NCBI GenBank assembly: GCA_951406725.2
Contig: OX597831.1
Span: 12,400,001 to 12,464,000 of the forward strand
Source: Octopus vulgaris
Lineage: Eukaryota
Direction: 5' to 3'
DNA: 64,000 nt
Numbering within the stretch: position 1 is the first letter of the stretch; the number at the start of each line of letters is the position of its first letter. Positions 39,800-53,691 of the stretch are shown here, one piece after another. A program made the position numbers and the translations under genes. A model generated the notes under the pieces. The model ran no database searches. It was given only the letters and a program-made list of their open reading frames with translations, and had not been told where the DNA came from.

Positions 39800-41250
39800 A
39801 AAGATAGAAATCTTCATGCTGTATGAATCAACCTATATCCAGTGTACCAAAGAGAGCTAGTCAAGTGAATCGATGGCTACTTACCATTTTATCAAATGTA
39901 CTCGATAATAATGATATGAATTGGTGAAAATTTGCCTACTTCACATTAGTGGCACTTAAACAACACAATGAAGACAAGGGAAATGACAACCTAACCACAA
40001 ACATCAAGTAAAAAAATCAATAACTATGTCACAACTGGTGTGTTTATCATCAGTCTCTGCTAAGTGGATGCTCACAGAAAGCAATCCAATCACTGTGTTT
40101 GATAAAAGAAAACAACTACATCTCCAAGTAGACAGTGAGTTTGTTGATTTTATCACCAAAGAAGCTATGACAAGAATCTCATCAAGTAACATGCTTGCTG
40201 ATCTTGCAAATGAAACATACAGATGGGATGTCATGTGGAACAGGTTTATACTGCACAAACCACTCATTTAAGTCAGATCAGATTTTCAAATGCATGACTG
40301 AATCTGATATCCTCAAAGTGATGAACTCAACAAACTAACTCTTGATCAGCTGCTGTCCCTGACAACTTTAAGTCTTGCTCTCTGAAAAACTTGAGCCCAT
40401 AATCAATAAAATGAGTCAGGTACAAAACTACTGGAGGCTACAACACCAATTCGCAAAGCCAGTACTTGTTGGCAAGATCCACGCATATGGTTGGGAAACA
40501 TTCTATTCAACAACACAAACTGTACTACATTATAAAGATGGTGGATGAAGATTCACCTCTGTAGGCAACACTTTCAAGCATGCAGCATTTTGCATTGCAC
40601 TCCAAAATGTCAAATTTAAACTTCAGTCTGAAATACAACCAAATCAGCTGGGCTTTGCGATTGAAAGTTTGTGTGCAGTTACCAGATAAGTTGTTATACA
40701 GTATGCGAAGGAGGCCTGAGAATGAGACATTTCCTCATCCATATAGCAAATACTGCTTGTTTTAGAGGAGATAATTTATTTTGGTGATAAGACTGGGGTG
40801 AGGCAACAATTGAGAAACATATGTATTATGTGTTTGTGGACAGGAAGACAAAACAATCCCTATCTTTCATAATTGTGACAGACGGACAAGTTCCATGTAG
40901 CAATGCCTTACTCAGTTCTTTCTGGTGCCCAGGATTGGTGCCAGGCTTAGATAGTGGTGTCTTCCAAGTTAGTACGGCTCTTTACATGGGCCCAGACAAG
41001 TGATAAATGTTAAAGTCAAGATGTGGTAGAATTGATGCCGCTTCAGTGTTAGGAGATGCTCTCCGGATACTGAAACAGTTTCTAAAGGAATATTGGTGAT
41101 CTTAGAGCTCATTGGACTGGACCACAGCAATGGCAAATGCCTGTTTTCTATTTGCTTTGTTTCACTTGTTGGTCAGGGATGCCAAGATCTCTAAAACTAA
41201 GGCTGGCAAGAGCATCTCCGAGGCTATGATCATTGAATACTGTGATAAAC
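39800..41250 (+). mobile_element. CRE-clade-like non-LTR retrotransposon fossil (pre-RT and RT N-terminal motifs)
   Basis: Ordered motifs SVPKRAS..LLTILSNVLDNNDMNW*, S*SAAVPD, FAKPVLVGKI..FYSTTQTVLHYKDGG*RFTSVGNTFKHAA..IQPNQLGFAIESLCA, FGDKTGVRQQ, ALYMGPDK*, SVLGDAL parallel the CRE motifs IPK.AR, GSA.GPDG, KKDGGIRPIAVG..RRL, P.QLG.G, GVQQGDP, GL.LN..KC, LLGAP. Confidence 0.7.
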
Positions 41251-41497
41251 GATTAAAACATATAAGATATAATGGACCATTGCTAGATACATATCTCTCT
41301 GAATTGGTGGCAATAAAAACCACTGGTACCATTAGTAAATTCATCATGATTGTCATGAACTCCCTCAAAATAAAGACGGAAGAAGCAACAGATGAAGTGC
41401 CTCTATATTATGGCAGTGGTTGATTTGGCAAATGTTCATAACAATGCTTTGTGTGGTATTGTATGACTGAAACACTGATGTCTTCTACTTTTATATA

Positions 41498-41535
<38 letters not shown>

Positions 41536-41536
41536 T

Positions 41537-41575
<39 letters not shown>

Positions 41576-41885
41576 TATTTATTTAATCTTAGTTTCCATT
41601 TCTAACTGACATTTTTATATCCACACCATTTATTGAAGGTGTGAGTGTTAACAAAGGTCATATCTACAGATGTGAAACTCTTAAACAAATGTGAACAAAA
41701 ATTTAGTATCAGCTTATTAGATAAGTGTGGTGAGGGTCATTTGAGGTTTTCAACTCATTATTCTTTTATGATTTCTAATTTAAGACGAAATACAATATAC
41801 AATTATTATCTGATAACAAATAAGCCATTAGCCTATAATTATATTACTTATTTTATTTTATTTTTTTTTTGTAGCAAAACATTAA

Positions 41886-42104
41886 CCCTTTAGCACTTAA
41901 TTCAGCCATATCTGGCCTGAATATCCTACCTTTTTATGTTCAAACTAGCCAAATCTGCCTTAGCAGACCTACCATACAATATCATTTCAAATATAGACAC
42001 TCATATTGTTGAAATCTCAAAGCTCTAAGTTAATGTATAATTAATTCAAAATTATGTCAATAAATAAACATTACATTTGATAGAGTAATCTGAACACTAA
42101 AGGT
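41886..42104. mobile_element. piggyBac-type MITE
   Basis: TTAA|CCCTTTAGCA ... CACTAAAGGT|TTAA: TTAA TSD and CCCTTTAG termini. Confidence 0.75.
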
Positions 42105-43463
42105 TTAAATTTTGGATTTATGAAGGAGAAAAAATATTTGGGGTCAAAATTAAATCATCTGGTGATAAAAACAAAAAATAATGTGTCTGTGAATCTGTCT
42201 TTTGTTTGCAAATAGAGTATCATCCCCAAAGATAGAAAAATCCTATGTTAACAACAGAACTAATTCACTCAATTTTTGCTTTCATTCTACAGGCCACAGT
42301 TAGATATTTTCCTCCATACGTCATAATCAATTCATACATTCTGTACAATCAACTGCAACTACAAAAATTTCCACTAAAAGATTGTTTGTAAATGTAACAT
42401 ATGTAACTTCAACAAATCTGAAATATTTCAAAGACTATAATCCTCATAAATTGATAATTTCTATCAAGGATATTTGCATGTAAATGATCTCCCCCAATGC
42501 TACTTCATATAGAATATATTCCTCAATAAAAGTATATTGGATGGTAATGTAGTGCTACCGGAAGCTTTTGGGACTCATTGTTTATTCCCCTAAAGTAAAA
42601 CCTGCCGGTATTTGAAAGCAATTGTTAGAGTGTGAATTCATGCATATGGGTATCGCCAAAGCATATGTTATCTAAAACGTAACATGTATGGTAAAGCATG
42701 TCAACGGTTAATATACATTTGCATGTATACCTATAATATAGGTACTTAATAGAGATATGTTCAAATTTAATATGCTGAGTGTAATAAAGAAATGTATACC
42801 TACAATTTAGAATGAAATAGAGAATCTATCTTCATTTAATATAGCAAGTGTATATAAATGTATATATGTGTGTGTATGTATATATATATATATATATATA
42901 TCTATATACACATAAACACACACTTATAACATGTAATGACAGAATGTCTGCCTTTAATATGCTGTATATAGGGTGTGTGTGTGTGTTTGCATGTTTACCT
43001 GGCACTATTAATGTATGTATTCAGAATTTTAAAAAGAAAGAGGTGGTGGCCTGATCATTAATTTAAACATAATTGTGATAGGTTTCATATTCGTAATTAT
43101 AATTAAGAAAATGTAATTTAACAGCTTAGTAAAAATGGCATCATTTCCAGAAAAATCCAGGTTTTATTTTTTTGCTTTTATATTCAGAACTAAAAAGCAA
43201 TTTCATGTGCATTTTCTAACCTGATAATATAAACATTCAATAAGAATGGATGGATGTATGATCTTAGTGTTTATTGCAGCTGTATTTGCCCTCCCAGCAT
43301 TAATCATGCCAGTAAATTATGAAACATTTTAAAGCAATATAATAATAATTGTGAATGACACAAATGGAAACTGAATTAGTATAACACATTTTTTCTTTAG
43401 TTATATTAGCAATAAATAGGTAAAAAAAATCTATTTGGCATTTATATATATATATATATATAT

Positions 43464-43743
43464 GCCAGCCTCGCCTGGCCCCCATGCCGGTGGCACGTAA
43501 AAAGCACCATCCGTCTGTGGCCGTTTGCCAGCTCCGTGTGGCACCTGTGCGGGTGGCACGTAAAAAGCACCCACTACACTCACGGAGTGGTTGGCGTTAG
43601 GAAGGGCATCCAGCCGTAGAAACACTGCCAGATCAGACTGGGCCTGATGCAGCCTTCTGGCTTCACAGACCCCAGTTGAACCGTCCAACCCATGCTAGCA
43701 TGGAAAGCGGACGCTAAATGATGATGATGATGATGATGATGAT
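43464..43743 (+). mobile_element. Young (GAT)n-tailed SINE inserted in a (TA)n tract
   Basis: CpG-intact, two GGTGGCACGTAAAAAGCACC units, ends ...CATGCTAGCATGGAAAGCGGACGCTAAAT(GAT)n. (TA)n on both flanks. Confidence 0.85.
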
Positions 43744-43866
43744 ATATATATATATACATATCTGTTTAATTGCTCAAAATACAAAATAAATATTACTGAA
43801 TATCTTTTTTGCCTGAAAAAAAGATGATGAAATAGCTTTCATCGAATAGTTTATGATAATAATAAT

Positions 43867-44080
43867 CTTTTCAACTAAGGGCACAAGACCTGAAATTTTG
43901 TGAGGAGTGCGGTAGTTGATTACATCAACCCCCAACACTCAAATGGTACTTATTTTATCGACCCTGAAAAGATGAAAGGCAAAGTCAACCTTGGCAGAAT
44001 TAGAACTCAGAATGTAACGATGAGTGAAATACTGCTAAGCATTTCATTCAGTATGCTAATGATTCTGTCAGCTCACCACT

Positions 44081-44133
<53 letters not shown>

Positions 44134-44390
44134 CATAATAATAATAATAATATTAATAATGATAATAATAATAATAATTGTTTCAGATTTTGGCACAAGG
44201 CCAAAAATTTTAGTGGTAGGGGTATAGCTGATTACATCAGCTCTAGTAATTGGCTGGCACTTTAATTTATCAACCTCAGAAGAATGGAAGGCAAAGTTGA
44301 CCTCAGCGCAATTTGAACTCACAAAGCCAAGAACTGGAACAAATGCTAAAAGGCATATTTTTCCAATGCTTTAACAATTCTGCCAGCACA
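43867..44390 (-). mobile_element. Two head-to-tail (ATT)n-tailed SINE copies separated by a (TAA)n tract
   Basis: Both contain AAGGCAAAGT(C/T)(A/G)ACCT..GC..AATT.GAACTCA on the plus strand. (AAT)n lies at 44083-44178. Confidence 0.75.
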
Positions 44391-45483
44391 AAATATTAGG
44401 CATGCAATTGATGATACAGACTAGAAAGCCTAGTTGTTATATTTGTTGGAGTAAAATACAAGGCTGTATGTCTTGAAGAACTAGGAAACCTAAGTAACAA
44501 AAGTAATGATGAGCAAACAACAATGACAAAAAGAACAACAAACTCTGTTTTGCAGAGTATCACCAGCTAAAACTCTGGAGATAGCAAGGTAATATCTTAA
44601 GACCAAGTATAACAAATAAACATACATCTCATCTTCTAACTGTACCAACCTGTACCATCATACATTGTATGACAAGGAAGAAATAATTACAGAGAAAAAT
44701 AAAAAAGGCAAAAAGGAGAAAAAAATATCGTAGGGAAAGAAAGCTCAGCACAGAATAAGAAAGACAGGTAAGAAGGAACAACTCTTCTGGTTGGAGATAA
44801 ATCCCTCCTCCAGAAAACTGAAGGAAATGTAGAGGATGAACATGAACTAAGATTTACCATTCTTTGAAATTGAAACAAACAGTTAGTAGGTAAAATTACA
44901 CATCTGTGGTGTCATGGTCTTTCAGAAGTTGTAATGGCTTATATACGATTAGGTTCAGATTATAAACAACATGCAAAAGATAGGCTGCCAGTAAAATTAA
45001 AATGATGACACTATATTGAACTTATAAAAAGAATATCTTTAAGATGTTGGTGTTACAACATTAAATACATTTTTTAAAAATGGTGCATTTGATTAAACTT
45101 GAACACATTTTGAGAAATAGTTAAGTAAAAAGGGTCAGGGAGTGCTCAACTCAATCTAACGAGTAAGCTTACATGTTTTGTTTACTTTGAAGTATCTCTT
45201 GCTTTAATTACTGTATGTTTTACCATATGCTTTTAATTATTTATGTACCAATGTGTGTGTTTGCCTATGTGAATATATGTAGGTGTGAGTGCATATATGC
45301 AACTTTAAAATTACTAATCCATCCTTGCATATATTGTATAACATCTTTCACCTTACCCCTTTGGATTTATATCTATTTTTAAACACACCAAATTATTTTT
45401 TCATTCTGTGTAACTCCAAATGAAAGTTCCATATCTCGTGAAGCCCTTATGGTTAATAAAGAAATCTTTATCATCGTTATTAC

Positions 45484-45831
45484 TAGGTGGTGAGCTGGCA
45501 GAATCATTAGCACACCAGGTGAAATGCTTAGCAGTATTTCGCCTGTTGCTATGTTGACTTTGCTTTTCATTCTTTTGGGGTTGATTAAATAAGGACCAGT
45601 TATGCACTGGGGTCCCTCCCCCAAGCTGCCCTTGTGGCAAAAATTTGAAGTAATAATTATTATTATTATTATTAAGGTAGTGAGCTGACTGAACTGTTAG
45701 CACATCAGACAAAATGCTTAGCATCATTTTCTCCATCTTTACGTTCTGAGTTCAAATGCTGCCGAAGTCGACTTTACCTTTCAAATTCCACTGAGGTAGA
45801 CTTTGCCTTTCTTCCTTTTGGGGTTGATAAA

Positions 45832-45908
<77 letters not shown>

Positions 45909-46245
45909 GGGGGCAATCTAGCAGTATCATTAACATGCCAGAAAAAAATGCTTAATAGCATTTTGTCCTTCTTTTACATTCTGAGTTCAAAATCCACTGG
46001 GGTTGATTTTGCTTTTCACCCTTTCAGGGTTGATAAAATAAGGACCAGTTGAGTACGAGGGTTGATATAATTAACTTACCCTTCCACCGAAATTGCTGGC
46101 CTTGCACCAAAATTTGAAACCATTATTTTTATTAGTTTATATCCAGCTTTACCTTTCTTGGTCAATAAAATAAAGTAGTTGTCAAGTACTGGTATTGATG
46201 GCATTCACTAATCTCCTGCCCACAAAATTGCTGGCTATGCTTAGA
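45484..46245 (+). mobile_element. Tandem cluster of 3-4 (ATT)n-tailed SINE copies
   Basis: Copies start at about 45484, 45673, 45906 and 46145 (partial), each following an ATT-rich run. Confidence 0.75.
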
Positions 46246-46963
46246 AACTAAATGTTATATCATTTTATAATTATATTAATTATTTTTCAGCAGAAGTTGG
46301 CAAAAGCAGAAAAATAAGTAAAAAAAAAATCCCAAATCAATGAAAATAATTTTTTTTTAAGTTAATGTGATAAAAAAAATAATAATTTGAGATTTGAGGT
46401 GTTTTACATTTAATTTGATATACTGCTCAAAGCTAAAACTCAACACTACAAAATACCAATGGAAGTGTTTCAGCCCTGATATCAATAAAATATATTCATT
46501 AACAGTAAGTGGCTAATTCTATCTGTCTATTTAGTTAGTTTTGATGATTTAGATATGGAAAATATACAGGTGTGGCTGTATGGTAAGAAGTTTGTTTTCA
46601 AACTGCATGGCCCTGGGTTCAATCCCAATGTATAGCACCCTGGGCAAATGTCATCTACTATAGCTCCAGGCTGAGCTAAGTCTTCCCAGTAGATTTGGTA
46701 AACAGAAACTGAAAGAAGAGCATTGTGTATTATAAGCCTGGCTGATACACAATGTGAGAGTGCACCTATGATGCCAGTCTGAAGAAGTGCCACTCTAATG
46801 TTTATAACCACAAATATTGCATAAATTTTCACTGAAACTTTTGCAAGACCTAGCATTGAAAGTAGAGTTGGTACAAGAAAAATTGTAACTGGTCATTAAA
46901 GAAGTGTCAAAATCTTTCTATGCCTTCGTATATGGATTATATATATATATATATATATATAAT

Positions 46964-47329
46964 GCGCAGGAGTGGCTGTGTGGTAAGTAGCTTGTTTACC
47001 AACCACACGGTTCCGGGTTCAGTCCCACTGCGTCGCACCTTGGGCAAGTGTCTTCTACTATAGCCTCAGGCCAACAAAAGCCTTGTGAGTGGATTTGGTA
47101 GACGGAAACTGAAAGAAGCCCGTCGTATATATGTATATATATATATATATATATATGCCGATGCTGGTGTGTTTATGTCCCCGTCACTTTGCGGTTCGGC
47201 AAAAAGACACCGATAGAATAAGTACTGGGCTTACAAAGAATAAGTCCCGGGGTCAAGTTGCTCGATTAAAGGCGGTGCTCCAGCATGGCCGCAGTCAAAT
47301 GACTGAAACAAGTAAAAGAGTAAAGAGTA
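46964..47329 (+). mobile_element. Young full-length tRNA-derived SINE (CORE-like CCTTGGGCAAGT segment, AAAAGAGTA tail)
   Basis: A box GTGGCTGTGTGG, B box GGTTCAGTCC, internal TA microsatellite, 3' CAGCATGGCCGCAGTCAAATGACTGAAACAAGTAAAAGAGTA. Older copies lie at about 15.7k, 17.8k, 38.4k, 46.6k, 50.1k, 51.4k, 54.2k and 56.45k. Confidence 0.88.
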
Positions 47330-47472
47330 ATGCCATTTTTCTGGCTGATGACTAGCATCACACTCAAAACTCAAGAGCACCAACAAATTTGTATCAAACT
47401 GTTTTGATCCATAGATGTAACTCCCAATAAATTGGTTGAGTGCTCTTCTTTCATTTGTCCACTCACTTGTGT

Positions 47473-47505
<33 letters not shown>

Positions 47506-47628
47506 GTTTAACGCCTGCTTTCCATGCTAGCATGGGTTGGATGGTTTGACTGTGGGCTGGCGAACCAGATGGCTGCACCAGGCTCCAGTCTTGATTTGGC
47601 AGAATTTCTACAGCTGGATGCCCTTCCT

Positions 47629-47630
<2 letters not shown>
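47473..47630 (-). mobile_element. (GAT)n-tailed SINE 3' part, inverted relative to the 43464 copy
   Basis: (CAT)nCGTTTAACGCCTGCTTTCCATGCTAGCATGGGTTGGATGG...CAGCTGGATGCCCTTCCTAA. Confidence 0.8.
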
Positions 47631-47666
<36 letters not shown>

Positions 47667-47671
47667 CATAT

Positions 47672-47749
<78 letters not shown>

Positions 47750-50700
47750 TTATATATATATGGTGTATGTATCTTTATGTTTGTCCTTCATCATAGCTTG
47801 AAAAATGGTGTTGATTTGTTTATGTCCCTACAAGTTAGTGGTCTGGCAAAAAGAGACCAATGAAATTAACACCGTATAAAAAAAAATATATAAAAAGTAC
47901 TGGGGGCGATTTATTTCACTAAGCTCTTCAAAGTAGTGCCCCCCAGCATGGCCACAGTCCAATGACTGAAACAAGTAAAAGATAAAGATAGTTCAAACAG
48001 TTAGCAAAAAAAAAAGAAAAGGTGTCTGAAATGGAGACTGATGCAAAGCAGAGTAAATGTCAAGTATAGCATTATGCATATGAGATGGGAGCAAAGCTAA
48101 GAACAAGAATATCTTTTATGTGAAATAATTATATCCAGAGCACAGAACTGATGTCTTGTGTAATGATAACAAGAGATTGAGAAAGATATCAGTGTAACCT
48201 TGGCATAGCATGTCTCTGCATGTGTTCCTCTTGTGCTATCATAGATACACTACGTCTCGAATGAACAAGACAGCGTCTATACAATTACTTGACTTGTTAG
48301 CATTAACAATCCAAATTACACTCCAGTGTTTTAAAAAAGGAAATACACGTCGGATAATGTAGCTTCAGATATACAAAATGACAAGATGGACTTGGCAGGA
48401 ACGCTTTTTCTCATTTGGCCTACTTGATCAATGCAAAATGAAAGATAAAGAACACACATACAAGAAACTGTTCTGTAATTCCTATGACATCTTTTTACAA
48501 GCAGGAAAAATGAGCAAGAGAGAAGATTCTTAATGGAATATTTTTTTCAAATAATCACGATATCACTGGATTGTCTGAATCAATAGAGTGACACAAAAAT
48601 AACATGGTGTTTTTGAGTTGTATAGTGTTATGTTCAAAGTTCAACTCCAGTCAAGGTCAACACTGCCTTTTGTCCTTCAGGGGCTGATAAAATAAAGAAC
48701 CCATCAAGTACTGGGATAAACTTAATCGGCTACGCCTTATTTTCAGTACTGTACCTCCGTTATAAATCAATAATTATGCTATGATTAGCATCTACCTCTT
48801 TAATTAATAAAATACTGTTAATTGGAAAGACAATCAAGTATCTCCACAGAGCTATTGATTAGCTCTGAAGTTAAATTTAGAACATATCAGAGAAATCTCA
48901 ATTAGGAATACCAAGTGCATTCTCTCTATATATATCCCCTAATTGTACTGCTAACCATTGCTCCTGCTCTGCTGTCTCTACAGCAAAGATCCTGACTTCA
49001 TTTCTAAGATGAAATAAATGCTTAACTTTTCTTCTACTTCTCATTTGGGTGCCCTCAACCTGTCATTGGCCCTCTATTTGGACCAATTCATTTGCCATAT
49101 TGTCGCACTCAACCTGCCAGAGTTTGAATTTCTTTCTCTCTTATCTTCTACCTTGTGACTTGGCCATTTCAGCACACCCATGTTTTGAACTTTCTCTTTC
49201 TGCTATCTGACCTTGCAAGCTGCTCCTATCTTTCCTGGGTTTTCACTACTATTCTTCATAAGGAATGAAGCTCAATGCAAATCTACTCATCAGAATTCCC
49301 TTGCCCTTACACACAACCAACCTATCATATCTTCATCTCTATGCCTTACTTGTTACTTCATCTCCTTTAGGTCAGCTATTCAATGCTTTGACTGCACTTC
49401 TAACCTAATATAATGCATAACTTAAAAGCTCTGCAATGCACCCTACTTAGTAAAATAGGTTGTCATTCAGAAGGCAAGTTCTGTGAGCATTTTCTGCCCA
49501 ATTAGTCCTCGCATCAGTGGTCCAACACCATACCAACCTGAATAACATTATAGACTTGCCTATCACACATTACCACTCACTGGCTATTCCCCTCCTCACT
49601 TCCTATAAGAGTTCACCTTATTTTCTGTTTTGTTTGCAATTCAGAATAAAGACAACACATGTCATAATAATCGCTCTTTCCGAAGAAGATCTAGTGTCCA
49701 AAACATTAGATTATTTTGCTCCTCATAGTAAATCAACACACAGAAGCATGTCTATGAAATTTTTTATGATTAATTTTTAACCAACACAAATCACCAGCAA
49801 ATTTTTCCCAGATCCAACATTTTACCATAATATATCTTACAGACATTGTAATTTCTAGATCTGTCTTTTCCATACTGGCATAGGTTTGACATGAATTCTT
49901 AAGGCAGTATTCTTTAGGTAGTTCTCTTCCCGATACTTAATCTTGTTTCTGATTAAAGCATTTTATTCCACAGGTTTTTATACATCAAATTGCCAAGTTG
50001 CAGAGCATACTGTTTAGATAGACCATAAACAAATGGCACTCCTGCCCATACAGTGTCAATATAAACACACACACACACACAAATACAACAGGCTTCTGTA
50101 TAGTTTCCATCAAAATTCCCTCATAGATAATTGGTCAACTCAAGACAATAGTGGAAGACACTTGTCCAAGGTGCCACGGAACAGGATCAAACCTGAAGCC
50201 ATGTGATTGTGAACTGAACTTCTTAACCACTTAGTTATGAGCGCAGAAAAACAAAGTAATTTTTCAGTAACTGTAGATTCAGTAAAGGAGTGAGAATTTC
50301 GTCAGAAAATATTTCTTAGAAAACATACCAATGCTTCAAATATTCTTTTATTTTATCTATTTATTTATTCTTTTGTCTAAAGCATTAGATGATAGTACTG
50401 AATTCTAAACAAGGCCTTAATCTTAACATTGATTATTAAAACACATATTCAGATGAATAGATAAAAACTATGTACCTCAAAACTAACACTTGATTTGGGA
50501 CATATGGAATGATGCTGACTTGCGGTGCCATACAACACATGCAAGATTGAACAGGAGATATCTAGTAGTAATGATGGTGGTGGTGGTGGTGGCTGAGAAA
50601 ATGCTGACAATGCTGGTGGCAATGGTAATGATGGTAATGATAAAATTCCAACAAACAATGTTTAGCACCAGGTTCACCCAGTGCTAAACAATGTGTTCTT

Positions 50701-53286
50701 CCTACTTCAAAAGTAGAAAAAATACATTGAATGCTTTTAGTTCCCAGGTGAGCTTTTACAAGTAGAACTATAGTAAAAGATATTCCAGCTGTGATCCCAT
50801 ATTATTTTTAGACTTTCTAAAGTAGGATATAATATGAGAGCAATTTAACTGCTATTTTTATCTAGTAGGTCAAATGTCTGCATACAGGCTCCCTTGTTTT
50901 TCACCTCATCGACATGATCAATGCTGTAATATAAAATACACCATGTGTGAATAAAACCAGACAGGATAGTCATGGTTGGGTGGAATGCCTTATATCAGAG
51001 CGCTATTCAATAACAGCTGACTTAGAGATTAATTATCATCATCATCATTATTACCACCACTACCACTGCTATCATCATCTTTGTTTTAACATCTACTTTT
51101 CCATGCTAGCATGGGTCAGAGAGTTTTCTAAGATCAGATGCACTTCCAGTTGCCACCACCCCCTCCCAATTGTTTCAAGTGAGACAATAATCCATCAGTC
51201 CACTGAATCCAAACAGGTTTTATGTGGGGAAATGGAAACAAACAACATGGTTTAAGGGGACTTTTGTTTACAAAGATCATGCAACATGTCAAGATATGTC
51301 AGGAAGCTTGGATATCCTTTTGCAGGGGAGTGCAAGTCATTGACACTGGCAGGGAACCATTGTTTAGAAACCAGCAAACAGAAGGGAAACACAACACACA
51401 CACACAACAGGCTTCTTCCGTTTCCATCTACCAAATCCATATCCACTGATGAGGCTTTGGTCAGCCTAAGGCTACGGCAGAAGATACTTGCTCAAGATGC
51501 TGTGTAGTGGAGCTGAACCAGAAACAATGTGGTTGAGAAGTTCATTTTTGAAGCATACAACCATGTCTGTGCCTACAGCAAAAATAACAACAAATTCACA
51601 TGACTGTCTCTTATATTGATCAAACATTTCCTAATCTGATATCACTGAAATGAAGAGCAGTGGGAAGAAACCCCACTGAAGTAGACACACACACACACAC
51701 ACACACATGTACACACGGGAAGACATACACACATGAAAGAGGGAGGGGAAGATGAGGATGAAAGATAATCATTCTATGATATTAGTATTCTGCATGAATC
51801 TTAGTACCATATCAGAATTTGTCCCTTTAGGTAACAAACCCAATATACAAAGAATAATGAAAATCTCAAGACTCACCCAGAATTGGAATTCAGGAAAAAA
51901 AACAAAAAAAAAACAAAACGGAAAGAAAATGAAATAGAAAAAAATTCTTTCACATCATAGATGTTTTTCTTTTCCTTTTTCCTTTTTCTTTCTGGAAAAT
52001 ATTTTTTATAGATATTATCTATTCTACACATGACTTTCAATGGTGCTAATTTTTTTTTATATTTTATAACTGATGTCTACATGTCTAGAATGGTTTTGCT
52101 GTCAAAATGTTGAAAAAAAAAAAAGGCAAAAAGGTACGACAGTTATGGTAACAGCAGCACTGCACAGGCAAAGTAGTTGGTGTAAATATATATGTTTTTT
52201 TCCTTCCTAAAATATATGAGGAACAACAAGGAAGTTCCAGAACTAACCATTGTTAAGTTGAAACTTAGAAACAATGTTTAGAATCAATGAGTGACTTGTT
52301 ACTTCCATATAAACTAGTTTATGTTTGAATGACTCTAAAATGATAGAAAAATGAGAAGAAAATAGATAAAAAGAATGCATTTCTTTTTAAGCATTGAATA
52401 AAAATGATAAAAATCTGCTACAACTATGGAATTCTAAGTTTTCTCTTGCTTTTTAATCCAAATGCACTTTAAAATTAGTGTGTGTGTTTGTACAATCAAG
52501 TAAGCACATAGGTGCAACACAAGGCAGAAAAATACTACTCGAATACCAAAGGTAGACTAACATAATATTTACTATTTCTATTTAGTGGGTGATTTTGCTG
52601 GTATTTCAGCAGGTTGAGTGACCAAATACATCCTTCATTATTGGCTCTTGATGTTCAGCATCAAGATTAGCCATACAGAATAGATATACTTAGTAGTGCT
52701 CAAGAAGTTTAAATAAGTGGGCAGGGAAATAAATGTAAGGATAAGCAAGTTAGGCAGGTCAATGTACAAAATATATTAAATACATGAGATACAAAAATAT
52801 GTATATATGCTTATGTACAAAAAGGTCTGACTTACACAAAATAGAAACGATATCAGGAATTAAAGGGGGTTGAAGAAGAATATTACAAATTCATCAGCTG
52901 TTTCTGGAGGCTTGGTGGTTCAAAATAATATTTGTAGGTTGATTCCATTGTTGGATGAGACGAGCATCCATCTTCAGGAAAGAGATTTTACATATAAGGT
53001 ATTGACAGAAAGAAGATCAAAGATGGAATCATTAATTCTTGATATCATTTCTATTCTGTGTGAGATGGACCATTTTGTATGCAAACATACATATATGTTT
53101 TGTATTTCATGTATTTAATATACTTTGTATATCGACCTACCTAACTTTCTTATCCTTATATTTACTACTCTACCTGCTAAAGTTTAAACCTCTTGAGCAC
53201 TACTAAGTGTATTTTATATGGAGAACACCTGATTCTAATCTATGAACTATCTATCTATCTATCTATCTATATACATATATAGACAT

Positions 53287-53318
<32 letters not shown>

Positions 53319-53691
53319 CACACACACATTCATACTCACCTGCCTAATGCTCCTCCTCTACTTCCACTTTCACTTCCCCATCTCTCCTATCAGTCATAGC
53401 TTCTCTTCTGCCTCTAAACTTTCTCATCTCTCTCGCCTATCACACAACTTCCATACTTCTCTTTCAATGTTTTTTGGGGCAGGGGCCTTGCCACCCCATC
53501 TATTTTCTCTCCTCCATGTTCCCTCCCCTCACACCTTTCACTCATACTCTTATAATGAAGGATAAGCCCTTGACCCCTCTCTAGACAACCCATCGTATAC
53601 AATACTGTCTCTTCTCCTCCTTTTCTTATTAACCCCTAACACTAACCCCTTCTCTTTTTCCTGTCTCTTCGACACTACCCCACCTCCACAT

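Noticed and set aside
42790-42830. Second AG|GT site on the minus strand (TTCTAAATTGTAG|GTATAC)
   Set aside because: The regenerated donor is poor, and such sites are expected by chance in 64 kb.
49000-49620. Possible APE-endonuclease relic of a CR1/jockey LINE
   Set aside because: Only vague motif traces, with no defensible family call or boundaries.
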